From: Octopus sinensis
Taxonomy: Eukaryota
Direction: 5' to 3'
Length of the DNA: 64,000 nt
Assembly (NCBI RefSeq): GCF_006345805.1
Contig: NC_042997.1
Location: forward strand, 82,026,001-82,090,000
Shown: positions 11,500 through 23,938 of the stretch, in pieces
How positions within the stretch are numbered: position 1 is the first letter of the stretch
Layout: each line of letters begins with the position of its first letter
Position numbers and translations under genes: made by a program
Notes under the pieces: model-generated
Told to the model about the DNA's origin: nothing
The model's database searches: none
What the model saw: only the letters and a program-made list of their open reading frames with translations

Positions 11500-11890
11500 T
11501 TGGAATTAAAAGAATACGAGGCGCTGACAGGAACAAAACTACCAAGTGGGCGTACAGCTTGGTACCTGGAAAGGTAGGTCTAAGCCATCCAATAACATCG
11601 TGGGGCACTGGATGGAAGGACTGGTTAAATTACTCGGTGTCCAGTTTGGTCCAGATCTCCAGGTGGAGAAACACTGGGAGGAGGTGACGAGCTGGATGGC
11701 AAATCTCACTCAGAAATGGTCAGAGAGAAAGATATCCTTGAAAGGTCGGACAGAGGTTGTGAGGGTATACATCGTCTCCATCATATATTTATTGCCTGAC
11801 TGTAGTGCATTACTCGAATTTACGCCGAACTAAACTGGAACGCTTACTCTTCCGCTTTCTGTGGAAGGGTCGCGTTCCTCTTGTCAGGCG
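11500..11890 (+). mobile_element. Tx1/L1-like RT C-terminal fragment
   Basis: ORF 11546-11833: QLGTWKGRS...VKLLGVQFGPDLQVEKHWEEV...WSERKISLKGR, then FRFLWKGRVPLVRR. Confidence 0.75.
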
Positions 11891-13600
11891 TTCTGAAATT
11901 TCGGTGCCAGTTGATTAGTAAAGGAACTCTATCACATATTTTACTTTGCTAAAATTATATGTGAAAGTTTGACTTTCCTTGCTAATCTTAGCTATGTCAT
12001 TTTTAATCGTGATTCGGTGTAACCGCGTTTGACATAATGGTCTACAAAAGCATTTGCATGTTTCCAGTAGACCCTTATATCAGTATAAATCCGTTTTATC
12101 CTTAAAATTTGGAATTTCGGATTTGACCGAATTATATGTGGATGATTGGAGCGGTGGTGGAGGTAAATGTGGATTGACGTGGCTTGCAAAATAATTCTGC
12201 CACTATTCTGCTTCCAGAAGACTTAAGTTTTGTGTCCAAAAACTCAACGCTAGTTTTTGAAAAACTAGACGTAAATTTTTTGTTGGACTTAAAGTCATAT
12301 TTTTTAGCATAACAGTCACAGAAATGCAAGAAAACAATTAACACCCAGTTATCATTCCCAGACAAAAAAGATGTCATCAATGAACCGTAATCAGGGTATT
12401 GGTCAATCAGGGTATTTTAAATGCCCTCAGTAACTGTCTCGAATTTCATCATGAAGACTTTAGCGAAATTAACTACCATGGGGGCACCCATGGTGCAATC
12501 CCTCATCTGGTGGTAAAATTTTTGCCCAAACTTCATTGTGTTATTTTGTAACACAACCCTCAATAACCTACTGAGAAAATTCGATGGAATACTTTTGTTT
12601 GGCCGTTATTCAAAGGCATTCATGCATGATTCCACCTCTTCATCATGATCAATATTGGGATATAGGGAAGAAACATCCATGATTACCAAACAATGGTTTT
12701 CGACTTTGCTTCGGTGCTTAGAAAAGTTGATTTTAGCCACAAAATCAAAAGTATCCCGAATATAGGAACTTAATTTTTTTTTTTTTGCGACAGAGAATAC
12801 AAAATCATCCAGCCACTCCTAAATTTTGGCTGTACAACACACATATCCACTGCAAATTGGGTGCGTTGAAGGAAAATTTTCAAATTTTTTGTGTATTTTG
12901 GGGAGACCATAACATACAGGTGTTCTTTTTCTGTAAAATCGTAGATTCAGCCTTATTTATGAAATTGTTTTCCTCCATTTCCAGAATTATTTTGTCAAGT
13001 TCCTCTCTGTAATTAAGGTTTGGACCGACAGGTAATTCTTCATATGAAGTTTTGTCAATTAAAACTTCTTCACAAGCCGAAATACATTCACATTTGTCCA
13101 TAATTGCAATATCGGCTCCCCTATCCGGCATTTCAGTAGCAATAAAATTATTATTAGCTAGACGACGGAATGCTTAACGCTGGGAATTTGTGAGGTTACT
13201 TCAGGACTTCTTCCCACTTCTTCCCTGACAAGATTCAAGAAATTCCGGTAGTGCTTATGAACGTCCATCCTGAACTTCATCTAGATGCCAACTAGTATTT
13301 TTTCAATCCAATTATGCCAGATTCGGTCATTATTTTTATTTCTAATAAAGAATGGGATTTTCTGACTCCTCGTTATAATTTTTTTCAAAACAATATTCCT
13401 TCAGCTTGTGACGGCGGACAAACAGAAATAACCTCTGAGCTAGTTTATTTTTGTCGAAATTCTTAGTGCTTGGGCAGAAACTCAGTCCAAGCTCTAAGAC
13501 AGATATCGTCCGGTGGAAGTTTTAGTTTAGATAAATTTATGACCGACTTATTCTCTAGTGTGATGGATTTTCTTGTGTAACCAACATGAAAAGTATATTA
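11890..13600 (-). mobile_element. Penelope-like element, RT-region remnant
   Basis: VINLSKLKLPPDDI/SVLELGLSFCP; PDRGADIAIMDK..YEELPVGP (12880-13131); TMGAPM..NFA; RFIDDIFFVW; SVEFLD..LFCKP (12132-12380); HPHIIRS.P..QILRIKRI...RGY (11992-12189). Confidence 0.85.
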
Positions 13601-13619
13601 GCTAACACCCAAAAAAACG

Positions 13620-14270
13620 CGGGAGGAGGTCGGTTGCTCTTGCAGGGTGCAGAATAACTGTCCAGTGGAGGTCAATGCAAGGGCAAGGACGTCATCAATG
13701 TGGTTGTAGTGATAGCCAGACCTAGCGATCATGGTAATACCAGCAAAATATTATCAAAAACATCGACGGTGTCAGCAGTAGCGACATCGGCAGAAATACC
13801 AGCACTAGGGCCTGAGAGGATGACCACGCCGCCGACACCAGCAGCACTAGTAAGGCTACCAGCTCCGTGCCCAATATTACCAACGACGGCACCCACATCA
13901 CAATTGGCGACCACAATGACAACAGCCACAGCAATATTGTAGGCCCCACGCCTCATAATGATAACCACACCGATGGGAGCCCCTGCAACACCGGTGGCAA
14001 CAATATCTCCAGACCCGGAGCCAACTAAAGATGTGCCAGTAATGTGAGCACAACCAGCACTCAGACCTGGAAATATATCGTGTCAGCCGGGAGGGCCTTC
14101 AAGTGACGCCTCTACAACCACAGATCCTCTTTCAGGATTCAAGAAAGACTATTCGTCACATCCCTGGACATCCACGTGTGGCACCTCAAAGATGAAGGGA
14201 CTCTCATACGATATCAAGCGAAGGATTTTAGAGAGCCCGGTACCCGTCACTAACGGGAGCAAACGCTGCA
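13620..14270 (+). mobile_element. Tx1/L1-like ORF1 fragment (Pro/Thr/Ala-rich linker)
   Basis: Decayed knuckle region followed by a PTPAAL..TTAPT low-complexity linker and LDIHVWHL..GTLIRY; composition resembles 830-1772. Confidence 0.4.
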
Positions 14271-14619
14271 TGCTTTGTATAGCCGAGTAAGCAAGGATAC
14301 TCAAAGACTCCCAGAAACCTGGATCACTGAAGACTCGCCAGGAAATTTAACATTCCTTGCATCCATTTCAGATGCTACATACTGCAAGCATGGGATTCTT
14401 TGTTTTTCGATTAGACCCGAAAGGTCCTTACGATCTAAAAGTAGTCCAAGGGGTAAATCGCTTGTTTCTCCACTTTTGGCTCACAAAAAACTGATCTAAA
14501 GGAGATAATCCGTCCTCACTGACCACAGGCTATTTATTCTTTGATGACTAGCTGACCAAATGACCGTAACGGATTCCTGCATCCCAGAGGTGAAGAGTTA
14601 CATTTGTCTTCGGCTTTAA

Positions 14620-14676
14620 AGTCTGACGAGACGTTCACAGGGCTAAGGCCTTGTGGATGCAAAACCATTAGTCACT
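14620..14676 (+). ncRNA. Degenerate type I hammerhead-like motif with long stem II
   Basis: agt CTGACGA g a cgttcacaggg ctaagg ccttgtggatg c AAAAC catta GTC act; G12 is replaced by A. Confidence 0.5.
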
Positions 14677-14733
14677 CTATGACTGGACATAAACTTAACT
14701 GCTTATTTATATCTCTATTTATTTTCTCTTATT

Positions 14734-14771
14734 CCCTTCTGTTGAAGAGCGTAGGCCCGAAACGTAAAAGA
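14734..14771 (+). ncRNA. Degenerate minimal hammerhead-like motif
   Basis: CTGTTGA a GAGC gtag GCCC GAAA CGT A aaag; palindromic ACGT stem III; A6 is replaced by T. Confidence 0.4.
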
Positions 14772-15889
14772 GTTTTTCATTTTCCCGAGCATCAAACTAC
14801 TACACTTGTTTGTTTTTCATACACCTGTCTTTGTCTTTTGTTTTTCTATAAATTTCAACTATATATATATTCACAGAATTTCACAAACGAATCGTTTTGA
14901 AATCTGCCAACGAATTTTAATCTCTGTTGTTATGGAAAGGCACATCGCCTTGGAAAATTCATCACTGGTGATAAATTTTGAAGAAGTGCTATAAGAATAA
15001 CTCATGACACGCCATTGTAGTTTTTGACATACAAATTTGTCTTACAAAATTCGAAGATTTGTGCCAGGGTTAGTAATAATATGCAAGGTTTAAGAATAGC
15101 TGTTTCTCATATACACTAATTTTAGTAGTCAGGGAGTGGGCTTCCTTTATTGCTAGAGTGATTTAGAACATTTGTGTTTTTAAAACAAATTTTTAAGTAA
15201 GCACGTTTTTATCTATTTATCTATTTATCTATTTATTTTACATATCCATAATTTTCAGAAAACTGAAAGCGATCATTGTTATATGTGTGCGCCTCAAATA
15301 TGTTCCTTGTTCAGTTGTGTTTTGCTACTTATCTCTTTCTAAAGGGAGTTCTTTATAAAATAGGTGTGTCATTAAGTACTGTTCTTCAATCTCGTTTTAT
15401 CTCATATTGTGTAATGTTTCCTTTTTGTAAATGCATGGACATCCGGTGGAAAAGTGCTTTACAATGGAAGAAATCAACATTGCAATTTATTTTACAAGTA
15501 GAAGTACTTGACCAATTTTTTCAAAATTAATTTTTATCATACTTTCCAGATGTATTTCAATGAATCCACACTCAGTGGTTCCTGGGTGCCGAAATGGGAT
15601 AGATACATCCGTGTTTTCTCTTTACACTATTTTACTCATTTTTTTCTCTACATAGAGACAAAGTCTACTTACTTTCTCTTTTACGTAAAGTCAGTAATGG
15701 ATTTTATTCTCATCTTCTGTGGACATATTGAGGTGAAGACATAGGGAGGCAGTTACCAGAACGTAATTATTGTTATAATCTACAATATCCTCTCATTATT
15801 GTTATAATCTAAAATATCCTCTCATTCGTTTGGTTTTTATATACTTTACATAAATATTCTCCAAGTTTAAATATTCTTTTCTAATCTAG

Positions 15890-16090
15890 GTACAAGGCCC
15901 GAAGTTTTGAGAGAGGAGGCCAGTCGATTAGATCGACCCCAGTACGCAACTGGTACTTACTTTATCGATCCCGAAAAGATGAAAGGCAAAGTCGACTGCA
16001 GCGGGATTTTGAACTCAGAACGTAAGGACAGACGAAATACCGCTAAGCATTTCGTACTGCGTGCTAACGTTTCTGCCAGCTCACCGTCTT
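15890..16090 (-). mobile_element. SINE family B
   Basis: Reverse complement of the family B head and body (gagctggcagaaacgttagcacgc...cctttcatcttttcgggatcgataaagtaagtaccagt). Confidence 0.8.
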
Positions 16091-16493
16091 AAATAAATTT
16101 AAATATTCCTCACAGCAAAGAATTATCTAAAAGGGCTTGTCAGACGCCTCATGCTCCCAGCATACAAAATGGAAAAGGTGTTGCCCCGGAGGATGGCGAG
16201 GAAGATACGCTGGAACAACAACTCTGATTTACGGGGCGCACTCTTGCGGATAGCCATCTCCAACCTGATAGCAGTGAGCTGGGTTATGGTCCGGAGCCGA
16301 AGAAACTTTACTGCTACATTTTCTCAGATATCTTAAATGTTTGAGATAGGAATCAGATTATCTTGGAGTGACATATTTATGCTCAACGTGACTGTTTAAA
16401 TACAAACACTAAAAGATTTATAGCATCTAATTTTGAGATATCTGGTATGTCAGAATTTTTTTATCTGAAAGGACATGTTCCAGTAAAATGCTT

Positions 16494-16594
16494 GTTATTT
16501 AATGTTTACACGAATGTGAAAACCCTTTGTATCGTATTGTGTTGTCTTTTATGTATAATTTATATTAGCCCTTGTGGCCAATAAAAGAATAAAT
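16494..16594 (+). repeat. 3' terminal module (copy 3)
   Basis: Same module as 2628-2712; ends ggccaataaaagaataaa. Confidence 0.75.
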
Positions 16595-16619
16595 TTTAAA
16601 TGTTTATTTTTACTGGTAA

Positions 16620-16835
16620 TGTATTTGTTTAAAATTATGGCACAAGACTAGCAATTTTGGGAAAAGGGAAAGTCGATAACATTGACTCCAGTGCTCAACT
16701 TATTTTATCGACTTCGACAGAGTGAAAGGCAAAGTCAACCTCGACGAAATTTGAACTCAGAACGTAAAGACGGACGAAATGCTGCTAAGCATTGTGCCCG
16801 GCCTACTAACGATCCTGCCAGCTTACCGCCCTAAT
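16620..16835 (-). mobile_element. SINE family B
   Basis: Reverse complement reads gggcggtaagctggcaggatcgttagtaggccgggcacaatgcttagcagcatttcgtccgtctttacgttctgagttc. Confidence 0.8.
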
Positions 16836-17223
16836 CTTTTTATTACTGGTAATATACTGATCTTCTGTTCGTGCAATAAAGTTCATGAATTTGGTTTTCA
16901 GCGATAGATCTTTCTTCTGAAAGGTGAGACATTTTTACCTGAATGCTTTATAGTGGGTGTGGAGAACGTGTTAACACAATTGCTTCTGTATTGTCAGACA
17001 GTCGGCACCGTAGATGTTTTAATTTTAGTATTGACAAATCTATTGGGAATGTAAGTGGCAGTTAATGGAGACAAGTGTCATAGAAAATAACTGAAAATAA
17101 CTGTATGGATTTGACGTAAATATGAACGTAAATATGTGGGAGAAACAGAGGATCAGTGAAATGCATGTGTTAATAATTGATCTAAAATTATACATACACA
17201 CATACACATATATGTATGTATGT

Positions 17224-17322
17224 CATTCAGTTTCATTTCAAGATTTCTTGCCAATAGAGAAAGAACCGACTTCTAACCTTGATCCAAGGCTCCTTCATTG
17301 GAATTTCAACATTAATAACAAG
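17224..17322 (-). mobile_element. R4-like 3' UTR-only fragment between (TATG)n tracts
   Basis: gaaagaaccgacttctaacc..aaggctccttcattgg aligns with 17460-17510; flanked by tatgtatgtatgt (17211-17223) and (gtat)n (17323-17424). Confidence 0.55.
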
Positions 17323-17424
17323 GTATGTATGTATGTATGTATGTATGTATGTATGTATGTATGTATGTATGTATGTATGTATGTATGCATGCATGTATGT
17401 ATGTATGTATGCATGTATGTATGT

Positions 17425-18089
17425 CTCTTCTATTTTTTTAATTTTAATTATCTTCTATTGAGGAGGGAGCCGGTTTCCAACAAAGATAGAAGGCTCCATC
17501 TTTGGGATACAGTTAACACAGACAAATTCACACTTGAAACTTGAGAAAAGTTTTGCATATTTTTACTGTTCCACTCACAGATTGGACTTGTAATGTACGA
17601 ATCAGCCGGTCACTTTCTCTTTCTGAAAATCCCAGTTTATCCAGATTCTCCTTTAAGCATTTACTAACAAAACCTAGTGCTTCAATTATTATTGGTATGA
17701 ATACTAATTCATAGTCTGGATATAGAAGCTGGAGGTTTTTTTGATTTTCAACGAGATATTTATATCTGCAGGGCAACTAACCTCTGTTATGCTAACCGGC
17801 TTGTTATGCTAAACGGCCTGTTATGCTTACATTTGACAGAAGTTTTGATGGAAATAATCCACCAGTATTCCTTGAGTTGGTGTTTATGAATGTATTCCAT
17901 AACGGAGGGGTTTTCTAAGTTTATTTCAAGACAGTGTTTTTGCGGATGGCCTTTCAAATTGTTTTAGCAACAACATCGTGCTGCATAGGAAGACATTTTA
18001 GGACAGCTGCTAATCACACGCGTAATGTCTTCCACAAAAACATAACATAGCCTACACATGCGGTTGCACCTTACTTGCAGATTTGTATG
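17425..18089 (-). mobile_element. 5'-truncated R4-like RLE LINE (second family): CCHC-RLE-3' UTR
   Basis: CRLCYVFVEDITRVISSCPKMS, HDVVAKTI, KHNRP and ORF 17528-17776 (FIPIIIEALG...SGTVKICKTFLKF). The 3' end abuts (CATA)n. Confidence 0.85.
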
Positions 18090-18397
18090 GTTTGTTTTAT
18101 CTATGTATTCTCATGCATATAGTTGCATATCTAGACATGCTCATATACCTTTAAATGATAAACTTCTGGAAAGTTTTACAGATTTTTACAGTCCCAGTGA
18201 TAGTTTGGATCTGTATTCTTCGAATTAGCTTTCTCCTTTCTGGTTTGGAGAAGCCAAATTTCTCAAGATTGGTATTTAGGCAGTATGTTATACAGCCCAG
18301 GGCCCCAATAATTACAGGTATAAACCTGAACTTGTAGTTTGGATAGAATAACTGCAGATTTCTCAATAGTGCAGCGTAGGTATTCTCTTTTTCATTG
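18090..18397 (-). mobile_element. 5'-truncated R4-like RLE LINE (related subfamily)
   Basis: INEKENTYAALLRNLQ.. plus ORF 18151-18366 (FIPVIIGALG...TGTVKICKTFQKFII). The 3' end stops at one CATAC (18085-18089) and the 5' end abuts (TATG)n at 18398-18427. Confidence 0.85.
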
Positions 18398-18439
18398 ATG
18401 TATGTATGTATGTATGTATGTATGTATTTTTATTAATAT

Positions 18440-18975
18440 TTAGCAGACGCAAGGGGTGTGTGTTTCGTGCGTGGTGGAACTGAATCCAGAAACCTTGTTA
18501 GTGGTCGATGGAAAGAAGCCCGTCGTGTGTGTGTGTATGTGAGAGAGAGAGAGAGAGAGTGTGTGTGTGTGTGTATGTATGTGTGTGTGTGTATGTGTGT
18601 GTGGTGTGTCTACGTGCATTTGCCTTTTTGTATGTGCTTGTCTAATACTACCGCTTGACGACCGGTGTTGGTTTGTTTACGTCAGATAGAATAAGTACCA
18701 ATCTTTAAAAATAAGCACTGGAGTCGATTTGTTGAATTAAACCCTTCAAAACGGAGCCCCAATATGGCTGCAGTTTATCATTTAAAGGTATATGAGCATG
18801 TCTAGATATGCAACTATATGCATGAGAATACATAGATAAAACAAACCATACAAATCTGCAAGTAAGGTGCAACCGCATGTGTAGGCTATGTTATGTTTTT
18901 GTGGAAGACATTACGCGTGTGATTAGCAGCTGTCCTAAAATGACTGAAACAAGTGAATGATAAAAGATAAAAGAT
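18440..18975 (+). mobile_element. Diverged SINE family A carrying a 171-bp inverted insertion
   Basis: gaaagaagcccgtcg, gatagaataagtacc and atggctgcagt|insert|actgaaacaagt. Confidence 0.7.
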
Positions 18976-19546
18976 AGCCAAGTAAACCAAGTACATCAAT
19001 AATAGTTGTTTTCAAACATTTTTCTTTCTTGCTGATTTTAAAAGTAATTTCAGACAGGTGATCGTTATAACTGCATGTCATTTTTTCTCCAAACATTAAA
19101 CATACTATACTTGCGTTTGGTTTTACTGGAAATGTTCCATCAATACTCTTTGCGTTGAATATTTTAATATGTATGTATGCATATATTCAACGACAAAAAA
19201 GTAATTTCTATATTTATTTCTGTGCAGGTCTTTCTATAAGATAGCAACAGCATTATGTTGCTTTGCGATATAGTACCTTAATCTCATTTTGCAGACATCT
19301 TTCAGAGACTTGCAGCGTATTCGAAATTTTCGGTCATATCTTGGTGTTTAAAACTTCGTTTTCTCTTTTGTTTGTTTAATATTTTGTGGCTGTCTTCTAT
19401 ATTTTGATCGCAAAAGTCTAGTTTTCAAAATGTGACTTAATCTACCGGTTTCGATTCCAAGAGAAGCTATACTTCCTGTCTGTTAGAACCCCCAAAATTT
19501 TTTGAAAAGGATACATGTACTTGGTGCTTCTTTTCTTTCTTGCATA

Positions 19547-19583
<37 letters not shown>

Positions 19584-19854
19584 ATATGCGGGGCTTTTCT
19601 TTTCTAGTTCTTTGTTGAAGAACTCTAGCCTAGCAATTACGAAGTCACACGGTTGAGCAACGGGAAGGAAGTACTTCTTGAGGTATTCTCTACCAACTCG
19701 AACATTGTTCTTTTCACGTTGAGGCACTAGGTTGATGCATTTATTTTTGCTGTTTAGTATATACTATTTGTGTATTACTATATGACATACAAAAGGCGTA
19801 TGGATTGGTGTTAAGCACTTCCCCATTCTTTTCTTGTGAGATATTACTATTTCT

Positions 19855-20070
19855 GCAAGGCGTCGAATTGGCAGAATTATTAGCTAGCCAGACTAAATGC
19901 TTAGCGACATCTTCACGATCTGAGCTCAAATTCCACCGAGGTTGATTTTACCTTTCATCATTTCGTGGTCGATAAAATAAGTACCAGGGGTCTTATTGGG
20001 GTCTATGTAATCGACTTACTTACCCGAAATTGCTGGCCTTGTACCAAAATTTGAAATCAATATTACTATT
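19855..20070 (+). mobile_element. SINE family B
   Basis: aaggcgtcgaattggcagaattattagc...tctgagctcaaattccaccgaggttg...gataaaataagtaccag. Confidence 0.8.
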
Positions 20071-20993
20071 TATGTAGAATTTTCAAGTTGTTGCCAAACG
20101 TATATATGTGTGTATGTTAAATGTATGTATATACATACATATGTATGTATAGTTATATAGCGCGGGGAATGAGATACTCCTTAGCTTTCATGAAAGCATG
20201 TCCAGGCGGAGGTTACTTGATATCAAACTCAATGTGTCGGGCTATTTAGAGAATCTGCAGAGCTCCCTGAAAATCATGATTCCTCCACATTTCCCTGCCA
20301 GATATCTCACCAAGATTAGACTCTGGATTATGCTAATAGAGTGGAGCGGGTCTATTTGGTGTTTATGAAAAACTTAAGGGACCTAAACTCTGTACAGTTA
20401 TTACTTAGCTTCTTTCTTTTTTCATAAAGTCCTCCAGCATCGGTAACATGTGTAGACTTGACGGGTTGGTAGTACGTAGTCACTGCTCAGCACATACGTG
20501 GCATATCTTTCACAAAACATTAACTCTTTAATGTCCATGAGTGTGGTGAACTCTCTAGTGCTTCTTTATTACGATAATGTATAAACTGGGCGGCAGTTGT
20601 AGAGTACTTACAAGAAGACCTTTCTAGCGACATCAAGCTGCTACTGAAGCAAATGAATTTAAGAAACTCTGTCAGTTCATGAGGTAAACAAAGTGTCAGC
20701 ATCGGTTTCTATATTTTCTAAGATTCACTCCATTCTTTTTTTCTTCATTAAATCAACAGTAATTGAGCACTTTTCTGAAATATTAAGCTTTAAGTATGTT
20801 ATGGTTGATGACACCATTGAACAAAGATCTGTCATTGCCTCCATGGACATAGAATCCTAAGTTGTGGAGGTAGCGAAGGCAATAAGAAAATTGAGTTTAC
20901 TCAAATATGGAATCCGTGCTGTGATTTTGCACTTTGGTGACAATCGTATCATATGAAGTCCATATCAGCTTATTAGTGTAACATGGAGAAATA

Positions 20994-22225
20994 CAAGTGT
21001 GAGCTGAAAAGTTCATCGGCTAACTATGAAAAAGTGAGGCTAGAGCAGCGACATCATGCAGGCACTAATTTCAACCATTCTTATTAATAATTGCATTGTT
21101 TATTTCCAGGTAAACTGACGTTTGACTGTTCAAATAAGACTTCATATGTAACTAGTAGCTATTTCACTTGAAATTCGACAAAATTTGGTATCGTTGTGTT
21201 ATAAAGTACCTTCAGAAAAACGGATTAGCCCTAAAGGACATTCATGCTGACATGGTTACTACATTAGGAGATGATGATCCAGCCTTATCAACAATGAAAA
21301 AGTGGGCAACTGAATTTAGAAGTGAAAGAGAGTCTTAAAGATGTCCCAACGTTTGGATGTCATGCAACAGCCACCACCGAGGGAAACATCGATCGTGTTC
21401 ACCATATGGTGATGGATGACAGACGACTGACTACAAATCAAACAGCCAATGCTATTAGCATATCCTTCAAGAGAGTTGAGAATATTTTGCTCTATGAACT
21501 TGGCATGATGAAGGTTTCTACTCAGTAGCTGCCGCACCTGACACCTGATCAAAAATGCACCATGCTGATCACATCACGGGAAAGTCTGACATTGTTTCAG
21601 ACAGGTCCAGCTGGTTTCCTTGAACATTTCCTAACCCATGATGAGCGTTGACTTCATCACTTTGAGCCTGAAACAAAAAGACAATCCATGCAGTGCAAAT
21701 ACCTCTTCTCACTAGTTCCAAAGAAGGCCAAGGTGATTGCTCTAGTTTTGGGGGTGCAAAAAGCATTGTGTTTATTGACTATCTTAAAAAGGTCCACACC
21801 ATTAATGGAGAATACTAATGCCAACTTGCTGAGGCAGTTACGAAAAATTATCAAGACCAAACGCCCAGGGAAACTGACGAAAGTGGGGAGGGGTCTTGTT
21901 TCATCAGAACAATGGCTGCTGTATGTGACAATGGCTTTGAACTGGTTGATCGCTCTTCCTATTCTCCTGATTTGGCCTCATCTGATTATCATCTGTTCCC
22001 CAACATGAAAAAATACTGGAACCAGTGACGCAGTGATGATGACATCTTATCTGCTGTTGATGTCTTTTTTGACCAACAGGATGAAAGCTTCTTCAATGGG
22101 ATCCAAGCACTGCAACACCGATGGAAGAAGTATGTGAAGGGAGACTATGTTGAAAAATAAGCCTCATTTGATCACATTCCATGAGAGTATCTCGGTCAGG
22201 TTATAGACTTTTCAACCGATCCTCG
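20994..22225 (+). mobile_element. Full-length decayed mariner (DD34D-type) element
   Basis: TA at 20992-93 and 22226-27; degenerate TIRs CAAGTGTGAGCTGAAAAGTTCAT / CGAGGATCGGTTGAAAAGTCTAT (rc); about 1.23 kb. Confidence 0.9.
21170..22160 (+). pseudogene. Mariner transposase pseudogene
   Basis: YRCVIKYLQK.GL..KDIH; DDRRLT; *LPHLTPDQK (WVPHLL remnant); LTHDER*LHHFEPETKRQSMQ; YSPDLASSDYHLF; multiple stops and frameshifts. Confidence 0.9.
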
Positions 22226-22900
22226 TATTTCTGTCCCAAAGACCGGAAAGATGCAATAATATTTTCTCTTTATAAGAGTTACTAATTCCTAATTAGTCTC
22301 CTTGCTTTCTTCGAAACCATTAATGTCTAGCATTGGTAAATATCAATCGACATAAAGCTCAAATGAAAGTGGAGCATTATTTTCCTTATAGAGAGTGGAA
22401 TATGAGGTTTCGAGCTGTTATATGTGTGGAAGCGAGAGAATTAGGAGAGAAGACTAACATTAAAATGTTGATTTACTAAGGAAACGGATGGTTCAGCAAA
22501 AATGTTGATGTGGTGTAATAGGGTGAGAAGTGAAAAGGGAGGAGAAGAAGGAAAAGAAGCAGAAAGCTGGATATGAAACTGAAAGAAAAAAATACCATAA
22601 ATAACTAAAAATAGAGGTGCGGACGCAATGACATTAAAATAGCGAGGGGAATAAAACATATATTGTGCTTATTTTCAGTAACTGGGTTGCAGCCATGTTG
22701 GGACAAACACAAAATATACACACCTAGATACACGCATACACACACATATATACACACATAGATACACGCATACACATATATACACACATAGATATTTGTG
22801 TATATATATATATACTGCTATTGTTCCTGAAAGTTGTTTTTTATATTTACTACAGATTGCTTGAAACTAACTTTCTTCCTACACCTCGATCCTTCGATCT

Positions 22901-22931
<31 letters not shown>

Positions 22932-22934
22932 CAT

Positions 22935-23637
22935 GGTTAAAAAGACTTATTTCAAGCTTACATATAAATGATTTTTTCTTATTGATGACAGTGTTCTTCA
23001 TCCCTGGGGCTTCAGATTTGATATATGCTAAAATTTTGTCCTTATTATGTACAATCGTCGATAAAGTTGTCCGACTCATCCCAAAAGATCGTGTAATTGC
23101 TTTTAATTTTTTACCTTTTTCATGCCGTTTTATCATAGCCAGTTTATCTTAAGAGCCATGGGGACAAAAAAAAAAACAAAGTCACAAATGAATTAGAATG
23201 AGAAAGTAGCCGATAAACAGACGTAAACAAAATTAAATTCAAAACAATTGCGGGAATCATGAGTGACAAAGGCGCCTAACGTTAGATATTGGAACTACGG
23301 TGTAATATGAGCTCTGAAAGACCAATAAATAAGACAACATAGCTTATTTAATGATTTCGTTCACTAAGCTACACTACTTTATGGTGCATATCTTACATTT
23401 ACTGTACGCATTTTAATATGATTTTATATGCTTTTATTCTTATTTATTGTACAGTAACATGGTTTTATGTGCTTTTAGCGGTTTTCTAGGGATTTTACGA
23501 TTCCAATATTTGTGGCAGACAGATATAAAGTCGAGTAAAATGACTTAACTTGATTTTTATTTTTCCATATATTACTTTTGAAAACCGACGTATAATCTAG
23601 AACGACTGAAATCGAAAAAACTTAAGCCGAGGTATGC

Positions 23638-23640
<3 letters not shown>
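22935..23640 (-). mobile_element. Tigger/pogo-like 5' end with N-terminal HTH fragment
   Basis: Minus strand begins TA|CAGGCATACCTCG (Tigger1-type TIR); ORF 22900-23136 IKRHEKGKKLKAITRSFGMSRTTLSTIVHNKDKI resembles the CENP-B/psq HTH; truncated at (TA)n. Confidence 0.75.
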
Positions 23641-23686
<46 letters not shown>

Positions 23687-23827
23687 AGAGGTAATGGTGA
23701 CATTGAGACCCAAAGGTGTCAGATAATGCTGAATAAGTGCTATAGACAGCCCATAGTTAAGTTTCAGGTTCGGTAATTTTGCGAATATGGAGTTCAGCGT
23801 TGGTCATATGTCAGCGTGTGTACATAA

Positions 23828-23938
23828 GAAATTTTTGCGCAATGCGATAAAAAAAAACCAAGGCTGTGTAGATATTATAACATTTAAATGTTATAATATC
23901 TACACAGCCTTGGTTTTTATCTCATTGCGCAAAAAATT

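Larger units (their letters stand above)
14270..14880 (+). mobile_element. PLE 3' end / pseudo-LTR with two hammerhead-like motifs, ending at (TA)n
   Basis: Weak GIY-YIG-like tail (HSLHPFQ...FFVFRLDPKGPYDL); motifs at 14620-14676 and 14734-14771; the terminal 140 bp are homologous to 49490-49630. Confidence 0.55.

Noticed and set aside
16895-17065. Two possible microexons (ttttcag|23 nt|gtgaga and ttttag|22 nt|gtaagt)
   Set aside because: Such splice-like pairs arise by chance in 64 kb of AT-rich DNA; no recognisable peptide or partner exon was found. RNA-seq junctions would be needed.
19200-19440. Strong-looking acceptors (tttctgtgcag, cattttgcag)
   Set aside because: Downstream frames are short and unrecognisable, with no convincing donor.
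20160-20960. Possible very old minus-strand LINE RT remnant, or a 68-codon plus-strand frame
   Set aside because: Only vague motif resemblance; I could not support a call by eye.
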